Shown here one piece after another: positions 46,496 to 58,465 of a stretch of 64,000 nt of DNA; the first letter of the stretch is position 1; every line of letters begins with the position of its first letter. The position numbers and the translations under genes were made by a program. A model generated the notes under the pieces. The model was given only the letters and a program-made list of their open reading frames with translations. It ran no database searches and was not told the DNA's origin. The stretch is from Carcharhinus longimanus (Eukaryota). The stretch is from the NCBI GenBank assembly GCA_030264375.1, contig JASCQW010000132.1, positions 89,524,180 to 89,588,179 of the forward strand, written 5' to 3'.

Positions 46496-46960
46496 TTGTG
46501 GGATAGGAGGAGTAGGAATTCTTCCACCAGGCACACCAAACTACCCAATATAACCTCCACCCGACTGTGATTTGTTTGCTTCCCCAACTTCCCAACTCCA
46601 GGCACTCAATCCAGCTCCTACCCTGACCACCATTGGATCACCATTCCTATTCTGCCTTGATCGGGATCCTAAGAGCAGCATGTGATCCCCTTACAATTGA
46701 TAGCTACACAGAACTCGTCACTGGTACAATGATTCTATGTTGCTAGGATATTAGCTTCATAACCTAATTTAATTTGTCACATATCCTGTCTTTATTAGAT
46801 TGCTGTTTTCATGAATCTTTGGAACCAGCACTTACTCTCCATTTATCTGTAACATCTTCCTATCCCGATGTCTTGACTACTCTTTGGCAGACCATGGTCA
46901 ATCTAATTCCTTCCTAATATAGTGGGTAATTCTTTAAAATGCTGATCTCACAAACAAAAG

Positions 46961-47088
46961 GGGTGGCATTTTTCTGTCCTGCCCAACCACTGGAATTGTA
47001 GTAGAAGGGACACGGATCACACAAAGGTCTGTTGACCTCGGGTGGGATTTTCCAACCTTGAGGCAAGCGTGGCTAGACAATTCTGCTC
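46961..47088. mobile_element. About 125-bp Harbinger-type MITE
   Basis: gggacacggatcacacaaaggtctgttgacc is shared with 58013-58042; imperfect TIRs. Confidence 0.8.
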
Positions 47089-47364
47089 TTGAAGTAATGG
47101 AATCTAACAGTGACTTACAAGGAATGAACTGCCTTAGGCGACTGTTGTTGGGGGTTGAATGGTCTGACACTGAGGCTGTGGTGGAGTGGAGGGTTGTCAC
47201 AATTGCATGTGCTGCACATATCTATCCAAAGGAGAGTAGTTGTATTCAAGTCAATAATCTAAGAAGTACAAACATTTTCCAAGAGCACAATATTCCCTTA
47301 TTTCAGCAGGTCAATAATTGGGTTGGCAAATTTTACATGTGAACTGGATGAGGATAGAAAGATT

Positions 47365-47460
47365 GACATTTATATCATTCCCTGCATGATTTCAGCACAT
47401 CCTAAAGCTTTGCACCCAAAAAATACTTTTGAAGTATAGTTACTACTGTAATATTGGACT
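47365..47460 (-). mobile_element. Deu-domain SINE / L2-type 3' tail fragment
   Basis: acatttatatcattcc...cctaaagctttgcac...acttttgaagtatagttactactgtaat. Confidence 0.55.
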
Positions 47461-47525
47461 AAGAATTGTCAAACTGATTGATGGCAGTTCCATTGCCACC
47501 CACACAGGAACATCTCTATCTTACA

Positions 47526-47562
47526 AATTCTGATGAAAGTTTATTGATCTGAAATGTTGACT
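47526..47562 (+). ncRNA. Isolated decayed family-B hammerhead motif
   Basis: AAUU-CUGAUGA-A-AGUUUAUUGAUCU-GAAA-UGUU-GACU; same spacing as 11129-11166. Confidence 0.5.
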
Positions 47563-47623
47563 TACTGGTGTGATCTCCCATCTGTGCTGGGGTGGTGAGT
47601 TTTAAACAAAAAGGAAAAAGATG

Positions 47624-47748
47624 TGGACCGTAATTCTCTAGACTCACTCATCCCGCCATCGCTGCCAGTGAGAGTGGAGAATTTGTCACTCAACCAAATC
47701 TCCATTCACTGCAGTGGGAGAATCCCAGCAAGGTCAGTAAATTCCAGC
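47624..47748. mobile_element. Short Harbinger-type MITE (second family)
   Basis: ggaccgtaattctct...ctccattcactgcagtggg...gtaaattccagct. Confidence 0.5.
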
Positions 47749-47907
47749 TGTGATTTACAGATGTAGATTCAAAATACCAACCAATTACTCTGTGCAGGCA
47801 ACAGCTCCTGTAGTAAAGATGAAACTAAAGCAGGAACCTGTGAAACATCTCAGTGACAACACTATTGAATCATGTGTCTAGCTCTTAAAGCAATGCCAAA
47901 TAAATTA

Positions 47908-48592
47908 GTGTGGCACCATGGCATATAGTGGTTAGCAGTGCTGCCTCACAACACCAGAGACCTGGGTTTGATTCCCGGTTTGGATCACTGTCTGAGTGGA
48001 GTTTGCACATTCTCCTCATGTCTGTGTGAGTTTCCTCCCGGTGCTCTGGTTTTCTCTCACAGTCCATAAATGTATGGGTAAAGTTGATTGACCATGTTAA
48101 CTTTATTCTAATTTCAGGGGAATTGACAGGGTAAATATGTGGGGTTACAGGAAAAGTGTGGGATTGTGGTCGGTGCAGGTTCAATGGCCAAATTTTTAAA
48201 AAAATTATTTGTGGGACATGGTCGTCACTGGCTGGCCAACGTTTATTGCCCATCCCTAGTTGCCCGAGGACAGTCAATCATATTGCTGTGGCTCTGAACA
48301 CATGTGGGCCAGACCAGGCAAGGATGACAGATTTCCTTCCCTAAAGGACATTAGTGAACCAGATAGGTTTTTCCAACAATCAACAATGGTTTCATGGTCA
48401 TCAGTAGATTCTTAAATCCAGATTTTTTTTTTACTGAATTCAAATTCCACCATCTGCCATGGTGGGATTTGAACCCGGGCCCCCAGAACATTAGCTGGGT
48501 TGCTGGATTAATTGTCTAGTGATAATGCCACTAGGTCCTCGCCTCCCCGAATGGCCGCCTTCTGTACTGTAGGGATTCTATGATTTCCATGA
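47908..48592 (+). mobile_element. HE1-type V-SINE split by a nested SINE
   Basis: Head and V-domain 47908-48193; tail resumes ccgaatggccgccttctgtactgtagggattctatga at 48547. Confidence 0.92.
48194..48546 (-). mobile_element. tRNA-derived SINE with CR1-clade tail, nested in HE1
   Basis: B box (reverse complement gggttcaaatccc), core ctggttcactaatgtcctttagggaaggaaatctg, tail gggatgggcaataaacgttggccagcc; TSD ccaaat/ccgaat. Confidence 0.9.
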
Positions 48593-48599
48593 TATAACT

Positions 48600-49072
48600 G
48601 GCCCTCTGGAAATGGGTTGAGAGGCAGGAGGGCTGACAAAATGCCAGAGGAAGGAGGCTGCAGGAGAGAAACCAAAATCCCTTACACCACCAGGGGATAT
48701 CTTGATGGGAGCAACAGCAGTGGTTTGGTTATCCACTGATTGGAGGTAGGCATCTAATCAAGCCAGTTAATTAGCTTAATAACAACTATTTTATGCCACT
48801 GCCAGTGTTGTACCAGCATGGAACCGGTTGCCATTCCTTCGCACTGAATGGGCTTACCACCAGGTATGGTGAGGCATCCACCTAGTGACATACTGGGGTA
48901 CCTTCTTTTAACAATGCTCGATGACCCATATCCCCTCCCCCCACCAAGCCTCTAACAATGACTGCCCAGTGTGGCTCCAACACAGCCACTGTGGGGTTCG
49001 CCGCCGCGCCCCCCCCCAATCATCGGGGCCTGCCAACCTTGCCTTGGCACACTGAAAAATATTGGCCCATCA
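48600..49072. mobile_element. Degenerate Harbinger-type non-autonomous element
   Basis: Ends ...ctgaaaaatattggccc (TIR-like); GC-rich interior. Confidence 0.4.
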
Positions 49073-49734
49073 AGGGCACCCCATATTGAATCACACTCTC
49101 TTTCTTCCTGGAACTATTTCTATAAATCTTTTCTGCACTCAGTTTAATGCCTTCACATCTTTTCATTGAATTAAAACCTACATCTAGGGAAAGAAGAAAC
49201 TGCATCTGAAACAGGTGGCAGATAAAGCATATGACAGTAATATCTTTTACTATCATCTGGAACATATTTTCACCCTGCAAATCTTTTCTTATTTTTGTAA
49301 ATGTTCTGTATTATTGCTGCTGTGTTTGAGGCATAATGAGACTGCAGTAAAAATCAGAAATCAAACTCCAGGTTGTAGATTGACCTTGAGAAACCCATCA
49401 GAGATCTGTGAGTTTACACAATAATAGTGAGGTGGAGGGGAGGGCAGCTGGAGTTATTTTAACTCAACCCACCTGGTAGCTAGAATCTGGTTTACTTAGC
49501 CTGTTTTGCTAAGTTGGGTCGATCCTATCCTATAATTTGTCACTGAGCTGTGGCGGTTATCATTCCCAAGCTATTAATGCCATTCGTTCACAAACTCGGC
49601 TCCAAGAGTTTTCATGTAGTCCGCATGCAACATAGGGCCAGCCTATGGGTGAGCATTGCAGATGATGGCCCACTGTTTCATGTTAAGAATAATGAAATGA
49701 GCAACGACTGGAGGTGTGGTCCCCACCCCCTCTC

Positions 49735-50155
49735 CACTACTGCCTTCCTGGCATGCTGCACTCCCTGTGCTCCAACTTCCCCCGTTGCACTCTCTGTACT
49801 CCCCATTCCCTGTATTCCTTGTGCTTCTGCTCTCTCCCTCTCCCCTACTGCTCTCCCTATACTCTGCACTCCGTATGCTCCGCACTCTCTATGTTCCTGG
49901 TCTCTCCCTTTCCACCAGTGCTTTTCTAGTGCACAACACTCTCTGTGCCCCTGCTTTCCCCGTGTTTCATACTCCCTGTGCTTCTGCCTCCCTGCTTTCT
50001 GCTCCTATGCTCTTGCACGCACTGTGCTCCATTACTGCTTACTCTGTGTACTACTCTCCCTGTGTTTTGCACTCTTCGTATGCTGCTGTTGGCTCCATAC
50101 TCTGCTTCCGCCTTGTTTCTATCCTCTTTATATTCATGCTCTGTCCTCACTCCTA
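49735..50155 (+). repeat. Degenerate pyrimidine-rich minisatellite
   Basis: Recurrent tgcactcYctgtgct-like units. Confidence 0.8.
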
Positions 50156-50446
50156 CCAAGGATAGACAGACTCTGTAATGAGAAGCAAGTAACTCTATCT
50201 CATTGAAAGTGTGTAACTATTTTCTGAGAAGCATTATTGAAATATATTTTACACGCTGCCCTTTCACATTCTGGTGTTACAACATATGATAACTTAGATT
50301 GGGATCAACAGTATCTAGGCCACTTGAAAATGGGTCTGTCAACCAAATGTGTTTGAGAACCACCGACTTCTACTTCCCATGTATAATCACGAGCACTTTT
50401 AAAAATGGGATGTAATAATGTACATAGCCTCAAGACAGAGAGAAAT

Positions 50447-50850
50447 GTTGGCTTGGAGACTGGGTAATGCAAAGACATTTGCCCTTCTGCTCTGGAAACT
50501 GGCTTTGTATCCAGGCGAGGTTGTTTAGGGCCTTCACGGATCTAATGTTAGGGCAATTTCAATGGAGCTAATGCATGAATTGCCTCCAATGTGACCTGAA
50601 AGTCATTCAGACCAGTCACAGACGGGCTGGTGTGAGAAATGGGAAACTTGTAATGCTCGTGAAATATATAGCACACTTTTGGGGTTGGAGTTGATGCTAA
50701 ATTAAAGACTGTGTAACTCTACATTTAACCAAACTGTATCTTACTAGGAGCATGATACACTGACGCAGGGTACCTGAAATACAAGAAGTTCCATTCCATA
50801 CTGCTGGAAACCTTCACCATGGTTAACTCTTCTTCTTGAATTTTGTATTC
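50447..50850 (+). mobile_element. Ancient tRNA-head SINE with an LF-SINE-like 5' end (tentative)
   Basis: tggcttggagactgggtaatg...gcccttctgctctggaaactggctttgtatccaggc loosely parallels the LF-SINE head (GGTAATGG...GCCTTTCACCTCTAGGTCACTGGTTCGAATCCAGCC). Confidence 0.35.
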
Positions 50851-52038
50851 ACATCATGGTGGAATGTCAGTTCGCCACATGCATGACTCTGCGTTAAGTG
50901 AAAACAGTAAAAGAACGTACTGAATTTCCAAATAAACAAACAGAACTGCTGGCTGAGGAAAAGAAACCACGTTTATTGGACCATCGATTAAATTTAGTGA
51001 TACCCATGTTATGATGTGGCTGTCATTTATTTCCCCAAAAACAACTCTTCCTATTGTCTCACACCCTGTAATAAAATGCATTGTTGAAAGAGGCTGGCGA
51101 ACACACCAAGGCAAACATATGTAGCATTTTAATTAAATCTCCCCTTTGTCACCGAATCTTTTGCATCTCCAGATCTTCCCGTGACACTGTTGAAGTGTCG
51201 GATTTCCGAGGTATTGTCTGATCATCTGAAGTCAGTTTTTACATTGACTGATTTTTCACCAATGACAGCTGACCTTGAAGCCTCAGAGCTTGTGGCACTG
51301 CTGCATTTACTGAAACAAAGCTTCAGAAAGGGGAGCAGCAAAGGGAACAGAGCCGAAACGTAAAGTATAATGTGTAAAAGCGAGAAGCATTTGTCACTTT
51401 TTACTGTGGCGGAAACAGTCAATCGCCAGTCTACACCATAAGATTGGCGATGAGTTAACTTATTTATTAATGTTGGTAATCAGAGATGTACTTTGCTCCT
51501 GAATTAGGCCAGTTGGTCTGAATTATTGCAGGCGCTGATGCTAAGGTCAAATGCTGAGCTTGACTTGCAGCCAGTACAGCAGAACGCAAAGTGCCAGAAA
51601 AGACCTTACACATGCCAGGAGTGATGTCATTGTTACATGAACTCTAGTCTCAGTCAATTGCAGGAACTCAATGCAGCCTGGACTCAGAAGTGAGGCTACA
51701 GACAAAAAAAAACTTGATTATGTTAGTAGCACTTAAAAGGTTAAGAAAAACGTTTTTGTTTCATTTTCTCTTGAATGTTTGTTTCAAAAATCTTTTGTGC
51801 ACTTTTGTGATTTGTTATCTGGTTAATAGGGTGGATAAGTAACCAGGGTGGCACGGAGGCACAGTGGCTAGCGCTGCTCCCTCACAGCACTAGGGACCCC
51901 AGTTCGATACCTGGCTTGGGTCGCTGTCTGTGTGGAGTTTGCACCTTCTCCCTGTATCTGCATGGGTTTCCTCCCACAGTCCAAAAAGATGTTCTGGTTA
52001 GGTGCATTGGCCATGCTAAATTGTCCCTTAGTGTAGCC

Positions 52039-52245
52039 GAACATAGAACATTACAGCGCAGTACAGGCCCTTTGGCCTTCGATGTTGCACCGACCAGTGG
52101 AACCAATCTAATGACCCTCTAACCTAAACTATTCCAATATTATCCATATGTCTATCCAATGACCATTTGGATGCTCTTAAAGTTGGCGGGTCCACTGCTG
52201 CTGCAGGCAGGGCATTCCATGCCCTTACTACCCTCTGAGTAAAGA
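52039..52245 (-). mobile_element. CR1 3' end nested in SINE
   Basis: gaacatagaacattacagcgcagtacaggccctttggcc...gcaggcagggcattccatgcccttactaccctctgagtaaag. Confidence 0.88.
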
Positions 52246-52264
52246 AAAGAACACTCAATGAGAT

Positions 52265-52432
52265 CATACATAAGATGTATGAGCAGAAATAGACCATTCA
52301 GCCCATCAAGTCTGCTGCCCATTCAGAGATCATGGCTGATCTAGTAATCCTGAACTCCACTTTCCCGCCTTATCCCCATAATCCTCGATTCCCTTACTGA
52401 GTAAAAATCTGTCTGTCTCAGCCTTGAACATA
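52265..52432 (-). mobile_element. Second CR1 3' end nested in SINE
   Basis: cataagatgtatgagcagaaatagaccattcagcccatcaagtctgc; similar to 23425-23585. Confidence 0.88.
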
Positions 52433-52649
52433 ATGACAAAACTGGCTTGAGCAGGCACCGGAGTTTGGCGACTAGGGGATTTTCATAGTAACTTCATTAC
52501 AGTATTAACGTAATGTTACTTGTGACAGTAATAAATAACTGAATATAAACAAATTGGTGCGATCTACAGTATACTGCATACCTATGTTGGAAGACACTTC
52601 ACTGAAAGCTGTATTGCAATGCATGTCTCCAGTAAGGAAATCTAACCAG

Positions 52650-53000
52650 ATCATGTGATCTGCCAGAGCGAGAAGCCATAAATTGCGAAAGGTGATGATA
52701 TATCTGTGGAAACTGTCGATCCGGACGTGGCTAGAGTATTGTGCACGATTATAGTGACCATATTACAGCAGGAATTATCCAGACAATAAGGACAATAAAC
52801 TGACACCAAACTTAAACAAATATGAAATATGAAGAGGACATGAAGAGCCTAGGTTTGTGCAGTGGAGCAGTAGATGCTCAAAAAGGATATTGGTCAAGAT
52901 TCTTATCAGAATCATTCCCTAATAACATGCCTCGTATACAGTATCCACAGATATTGACAGCAGAGACAGTGGTTGGAACTTAGCCACTATATGCAAGGAA
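52650..53000 (+). mobile_element. Ancient CR1 ORF2 fragment
   Basis: KVMIYLWKLSIRTWLEYCARL**PYYSR is like CR1 LYKTLVRPHLEYCAQFWSPYY; later MKYEEDMKSLGL is like SYEERLKSLGL. Confidence 0.65.
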
Positions 53001-53019
53001 GAATTCATGACTTTTGGGC

Positions 53020-53358
53020 CTCACACCATCTTAAGATGTGCTAAAACACTTTGAAGCTGAATTTTGAAGTATGGTGACATTTGTGTGTGGGAAAAGCGGC
53101 AGTCAGTTTGCACACAGCAGGTCAGATAATGATCAGAAAATCTTTGCTTCAGTGATACTGGCTCAGAGATAAATATTGAATAGAATGTTTGGGAGAATTT
53201 TCCTCCAAACCTTCAAATGGAACCATGGGATCATTTATATCCACTAAGAAGGCAAATGGAGACCAAGGTCACAACCATGGCAGCTCCGATGTTGCAGCAC
53301 TCCCACACAGCACTGTACTGAAGTGTCAGCCGGGATTATGTGTTCAAATCCCTGGAGA
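53020..53358 (-). mobile_element. Deu-domain SINE (SacSINE1-like)
   Basis: aaaagcggcagtcagtttgcacacagca...gagataaatattg...ccatgggatcatttatatccac...gcagcactcccacacagcactgtactgaagtgtcagcc. Confidence 0.82.
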
Positions 53359-53387
53359 GGAGAGATTGTGGAACAGATGGGAGACCT

Positions 53388-54442
53388 GGGGTAGAATTTG
53401 CAAGGCAGGTTGGCCTTGGACGCAAGTCGTGTTCTGTTTGCTAAATCTTGTGAGAAGGCCAGAGCGGGATTTGTGCTGGTGAGATCTGTGTGAGATCTTC
53501 CCTGCCTACCACCAGTGACATCAGCAGAAACCTGATTTTTATGAATTTCAATAAATTTTAATCTAATGAAACTGCTTTACATCAGAGTGTGCGCCTGTGA
53601 TCGAGCCTCCCATCCCCCAGTGGCATGATGTCACACAAATAACTACTGGTTTCAAAGACAAAAAATAGTTATGACTATGCCTGTGTGCAGATGTGCCTGG
53701 AGGCACCAGGGGTGGAGAGCCAAGGCTGGGCATTTGGAAGTGCCATGGGCACAGCCAGAGAGCACTGAAGTAGTAGATAGTTCCAGGCAGCACTGGCAGG
53801 CTAGTGACCTGCCTCCATTGTGGGGGAGGAGGTGGTTTCCCCTTACATCTGGTAATGGTGGTGGGGGAGAGTGGAGAACTCTGATGACCATGTGGTGGGG
53901 TTGTGGGGTGCCCCCCAATAGTCCCGTGGTGTGGAGGGAGTGGTCAAACCCATTATTTTAAGGGTGGTCCTCTTTATCCATTGGGGGTGAGGTGGGTGAG
54001 CTGGGGGAACATATTTTAAATATGCCCNNNNNNNNNNNNNNNNNNNNNNNNNNNNNNNNNNNNNNNNNNNNNNNNNNNNNNNNNNNNNNNNNNNNNNNNN
54101 NNNNNNNNNNNNNNNNNNNNNNNNNNNTCAATCTGGATGGCCATAAAACATTAGACAGGGGTCGTGGGTGGAGAGGGGGACTGGTGGTGTTGAGATGGTG
54201 GCGTTGAGATGGTGGCGTGGGCTTGTTGGGCCGAAGGGCCCGTTTTTTGTTCTTTGTTCTTTGATCTCCACGGAGCTGGCCTTGCCAGTCTATCAGGCCC
54301 CGCTCCATCGGGGTGAAGTAGTAAACCACATGCACTAACTGCCGGGAAGTCTGGTCTGAAAAGTCGGCTATGTTTCTGGAGCGATACATGCCGGTTTTCA
54401 GTCAGACCCTGACACTTGGCTGTGTTTTTGGAATCTTCCGCC
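53388..54442. mobile_element. Non-autonomous PIF/Harbinger-type DNA element
   Basis: Imperfect TIRs ggggtagaatttgcaa / ttggaatcttccgccc; subterminal ttttcagtcagaccctgacactt is also at 56109-56131. Confidence 0.65.
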
Positions 54443-54559
54443 CATCTGTAGAGGCAGTGGAGGCAGGTAGTGTGGCAACATTTATATTGGGAGGAGATGA
54501 TTGAGTGGGTGTGGCGACCAGCCAGATGGAACGCAGGAATCTGCTGATCCTGTCTGACA

Positions 54560-54670
54560 GGCAGATCTCTGCTGTTTCTTTCGTCTCTGTGGGAATACAT
54601 CTGGCCTCAATTTGACCTCTTACCACCAAATTATCCATAGCTCTGTCCAGATCTAGGAGCTTGCTCTGAG
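54560..54670 (-). pseudogene. Possible frameshifted remnant of a Harbinger Myb/SANT-like ORF
   Basis: Joining frames gives APR..DRAMDNLVV.EVKLRPDVFPQRRKK, like Myb/SANT-like N-termini (APRFSD..LE.LV.EV..R.DVLFP). Confidence 0.3.
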
Positions 54671-55371
54671 AAGCAAGATCACTTGATCGCTTTCCGATAT
54701 GATACAGCCGGCAGAACACTGACTCCTGGACTTGTTCTCACTATAACAGTTGCACTTCATTTAATGGTGGGAACTTTTGAGTGTACTTCAGCAGCTGCTG
54801 CCTCAGATGAGTTTGTCAGACAAAGAAACATTGTTCGCCATTAATACAAGTGTTCTTGTTTTGGAGGATGGTTTATGCATATAGTCAAGAATGTCTGCGT
54901 TGATTGTACACCAAGCATTGCCAGAGAAAGGGTTCTTTCACAAAACCATGAGCAACCACATTGTACTGAATATGAGAAAGATCATTCGCAATAAACAGCC
55001 AGTGAAATTATCAGCTGAGCTAATTTAAAATATTGTGGCTTTTGTAAAAATCTGATGGAGCTAGCCTGGAATCAACTATGACTTGGTTTCACTTCTGTTT
55101 TGATGGTTAATACACAGACTGTGGCAAATAAATGTTATAGTGTGGAGAGATATCCTCATGGAAAAGTCTGAATGCTTTTTGGGTCCGGTTCTTCCCTCTC
55201 TGGTGGTGACTCACTGGAGTGAAGATTCAAAGGAGTCAGCTATCTATTGGTTCATTGCTATGCGTAATTTAAGTATTGATGAGTTGGTTGACTTGGCTTT
55301 GGACCAGGTCTGGCATCAGAGCCAGTCTCAGCAATTCTTACCTAAGATTCAACACGCGTCAGGGGATGGGG

Positions 55372-55462
55372 GAAAAACAGGAAGACCCGAAAATACTCAG
55401 TAGGTCTGGCAGTATCTGTGGAGAAAAAACAGTTAACGTTTCATCAGAATGTTCTGCTGAAG
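55372..55462 (-). mobile_element. Family-B PLE-like fragment; hammerhead stem II deleted
   Basis: aaatactcagtaggtctggcagtatctgtggagaaaaaacagttaacgtttcatcagaa; reverse complement CUGAUGAAACGUUAAC. Confidence 0.7.
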
Positions 55463-55949
55463 CTTTGGGCTGGAGCTTTGTGGAGTAGGGGAGACATTGC
55501 AGAGCTTTCAAAATGGTGACTGGGACCTAATTTCAGGATTCCAACTCCATTCCTGGGGTTTCCCATTTTTAACAGTGCCTTATATAGGGGGTGGGCTAGT
55601 TTAGGTGGCAAGCCTACTTAGCATTCCCAACTTGCCCTCAGAGATATCGTGAACCATAATCTGCACAGGGGAATGTTTTGATAGGTGAGTTCAAGTTTTC
55701 CTCATGCCTCTCTTACCAAAGGAGCCCACCCTCCTCCTACTGTGGCCCCTCATGCCATCCCCCATGCCAAAGAATATGTCCGCAACCACCCCATGTTCCT
55801 TCATGTATCACATGCCAAGCGATGGCACATCCATGCCCATTTACCTTGTATACACAGTATAGAACCATTGGACCCAATAGTGACAGTAAAAAAAATAAAA
55901 GTAAGCTTTAAAAAAAAAAACTCATTCAAAATAAATTCTGAAGAATATG

Positions 55950-56157
55950 CTTACCTCTGATCAGGGCGCCCGTTGAAAAGGGTGGCCCAATCTCAGTGCA
56001 GCTGGCTTTACTGGTGCGATTAGACTCCACCACGCTATATGATGACGTGAAATATGCCCATCTGTTTTTATTTTGATTGCCAGAAGATCTGGAGAAAAAC
56101 ATGCCCAATTTTCAGTCAGACCCTGACACTTCACCACTTTCTGGTAAGATTGCTCCT
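55950..56157. mobile_element. Terminal fragment of a Harbinger-type element related to 2795-3817 and 53388-54442
   Basis: gatctggagaaaaacatgcccaattttcagtcagaccctgacacttcaccactttctggtaagattgctcc. Confidence 0.6.
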
Positions 56158-57966
56158 ATTTTCTTGGTAATTTCTCCACTTGCACCATTGTAAGGTCTCA
56201 ATACCAGCTGAGAATTGAAATTATTTTAAGTCTTGTGTAGAGGTCCCAGGATTCATAAGCACTAAGGTGACGAATCAGAAAGGGAATCAAGATCCTTAAA
56301 TTAAAAAAAAAATTTGCTCCTGTGTGAGTTGAAGATTATTTACCTGAATTTTGGCTTAGCCTCAGGAATGAGTTCAGAATTCATTCTGCCTTCCTCTAGG
56401 TGATTGGGTCGGGCACCTCTGATGTGTCTCTACAGGCACTGGTTTCACCTCACTCCATCCACACAATTTAGATAACTAGCAATTTGAGATGGACCTTGCA
56501 TCCATACATCTGTAATTCTATGGGGATGTTTTTAATTCAGATTTTGAGTCCATTTTCAGTGCTTCTACTGGCCATTAATATAGCTGCTGTGTATTGCTGT
56601 GGATAGTGCCAACAATGGCTGATGAACTATCTTCTTAAATGATTAACAATTATACTGCCATTACTGCGGGTTTATTAAAAACAATTTGCATTTGATAATC
56701 AGAAATTTCAGAGCCCGAATGTATAATAGGACAGTAACTACTGTGGAAAGCTCATTCTCTTGAATCCATCAACTCTGATTACCAACTGTGGACCCTTATT
56801 TGCACATTACACCATTGATTCTGTAATGCAGTGATCTAATTTAAGGGATAGCATTTGGTATTATTAAAGTAACAACGGGGTGAGGGCGTAATCTGAAACA
56901 AATCAAAATGATGGATTGTGAATGGGAAGTGGTAGTGGCCAAAATAATGTGGGAAAGTCTGGGCCTGGGAATTCCGTTTAGCAATCTTTCCAGTGGAGGT
57001 GGGGGGAGCATCATTTTTCTGTTGTAAACACGTTGTCTGACTGCAGAATGTCGCAGGGGATGTGGCCAGGAAGGCTTGTTCCTGGAAGTCATGTGAGAAT
57101 ATCTCTGACGCACCCAATTCTTGGCAAAAGAGCTTGCAGAGTAAAGTTCTGTTTATAGTTTTTCTTAATGTAAGCAAGCTTGCTTTAGTCTTCAGAGCCA
57201 CCTGAATATTACCTAACCCAGCGTGGGGTTGGATGTGTAGCAGATATCTTTGGGCATTGAATGTAACCCTGCAAAATTATCAAGCCTCCCCCAAATTCTG
57301 CCCCCCACCCCTGTCCAGTTTCCTTGTATGGATGGCTGTAGACCTGGAATTCTTTTGGANNNNNNNNNNTAATATTGTAATGTTGCTGATTACTCTAATC
57401 TAACCAGGTGACACCGTGAATAATTGAGGACCCACCATTGACCTATGCTAAACAAGTGTTTCAACAGACATCAATAGCTTGAAACCAATTTCAACCTATC
57501 TTTGTGTGACATAATAGCGCCTCACTTACCCCCTAGAAATTGCTCCATTGCAGGTACTTTATCCAACTGCCTCTGGGGCATCTGTTAATTTCTCAGACCT
57601 AATGTGATACCCACTTCCTTTTTTAAAATATAATTTATATAAAATAAAACCACATTTTAAAACTAATTCTACTCTTCCTATTTGAGGGTATCTTTTGTCA
57701 CTGGTTAGGCAGTAATCCATCTGCGACTGTAAGGCCACGCTCCTGTTGATGTCACCGATGGTGGACGTCAAGAGGCAATCAGAAAGTGATTGCAGTACAA
57801 AATAGTCAAGTGCAGATCTCCGGGACTCGAGCAAGTTTCCTCAAGGGGAGACCCAGACTCCAAGAACTTTCCCATTATTTTCCCTTTTCCTGTAGGAAGG
57901 TGGCTGGTGTGCATTCAATGAATTATCAAAAATTCAGACCATTCAGAGTGGAGAAGAGGAGATGAA

Positions 57967-58095
57967 GGGCAGAATTTTCCCATCCTGTCCACCACGAGAA
58001 TCGAAGCGGGTGGGACACGGACCACACAAAGGTCCGTTGACCGCTCGGGCGATATTTTCTGACCTTGGGGTAAGTGCGGCTGAAAAATCCAGCCC
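57967..58095. mobile_element. About 125-bp Harbinger-type MITE, best-preserved copy
   Basis: TIRs gggcagaattttc / gaaaaatccagccc; CpGs retained. Confidence 0.85.
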
Positions 58096-58107
58096 AAAGT
58101 TTTCTTT

Positions 58108-58220
58108 TAGAACATAGAAAACATAGAAAATAGGTGCAGGAATAGGCCATTCAGCCCTCTGAGCCTGCACCACCATTCATTATGATCATAATTGATCATG
58201 CACTTTCAGTATTCCATATG
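58108..58220 (-). mobile_element. CR1 3' tail
   Basis: tagaacatagaaaacatagaaaataggtgcaggaataggccattcagccctctgagcctgcacc. Confidence 0.85.
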
Positions 58221-58239
58221 TTCTTTTAAAATGCTACAA

Positions 58240-58465
58240 GTTGTTATGATTCTGGAAATGCAGTGCCTGAATGGGTGGTGGAAGGAAATTTGACTGTAAC
58301 TTTCAAAAAGGAATTGGATATATACTTGAATAGGAAAGAAACTGCAGCACAGTACAGGTAAAAAGAGGTGAGGTGGACTAAATGGATAGCATTTTCAAAG
58401 ATCTGGCTCAGGCACAATGAGCCAAATGGTCTCCATCTGTGCTGCAAAGTTACTCGATTCTATAA
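58240..58465 (+). mobile_element. CR1 3' end
   Basis: tctggaaatgcagtgcctgaatgggtggtggaagg...tttcaaaaaggaattggatatatacttg...gagccaaatggtctccatctgtgctg. Confidence 0.8.

Larger units (their letters stand above)
51846..52540 (+). mobile_element. Alternative-tail V-SINE split by two CR1 3' ends
   Basis: Head 51846-52038; resumes gagcaggcaccggagtttggcgactaggggattttcatagtaacttcatt at 52449. Confidence 0.9.

Noticed and set aside
49550-50206. 218-aa Cys/Leu/Pro-rich ORF and overlapping ORFs
   Set aside because: They arise from a pyrimidine-rich degenerate minisatellite that lacks stops in several frames; no domain recognised.
51173-51363. Acceptor-like site followed by a roughly 60-codon open frame
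   Set aside because: No recognisable protein similarity and no partner exons; kept only as part of a CNE candidate.
57875-57966. Strong acceptor then EGGWCAFNELSKIQ, faintly like dynein GAWGCFDEFNR
   Set aside because: Key residues differ, the frame runs into a MITE, and there is no donor or other dynein exon.
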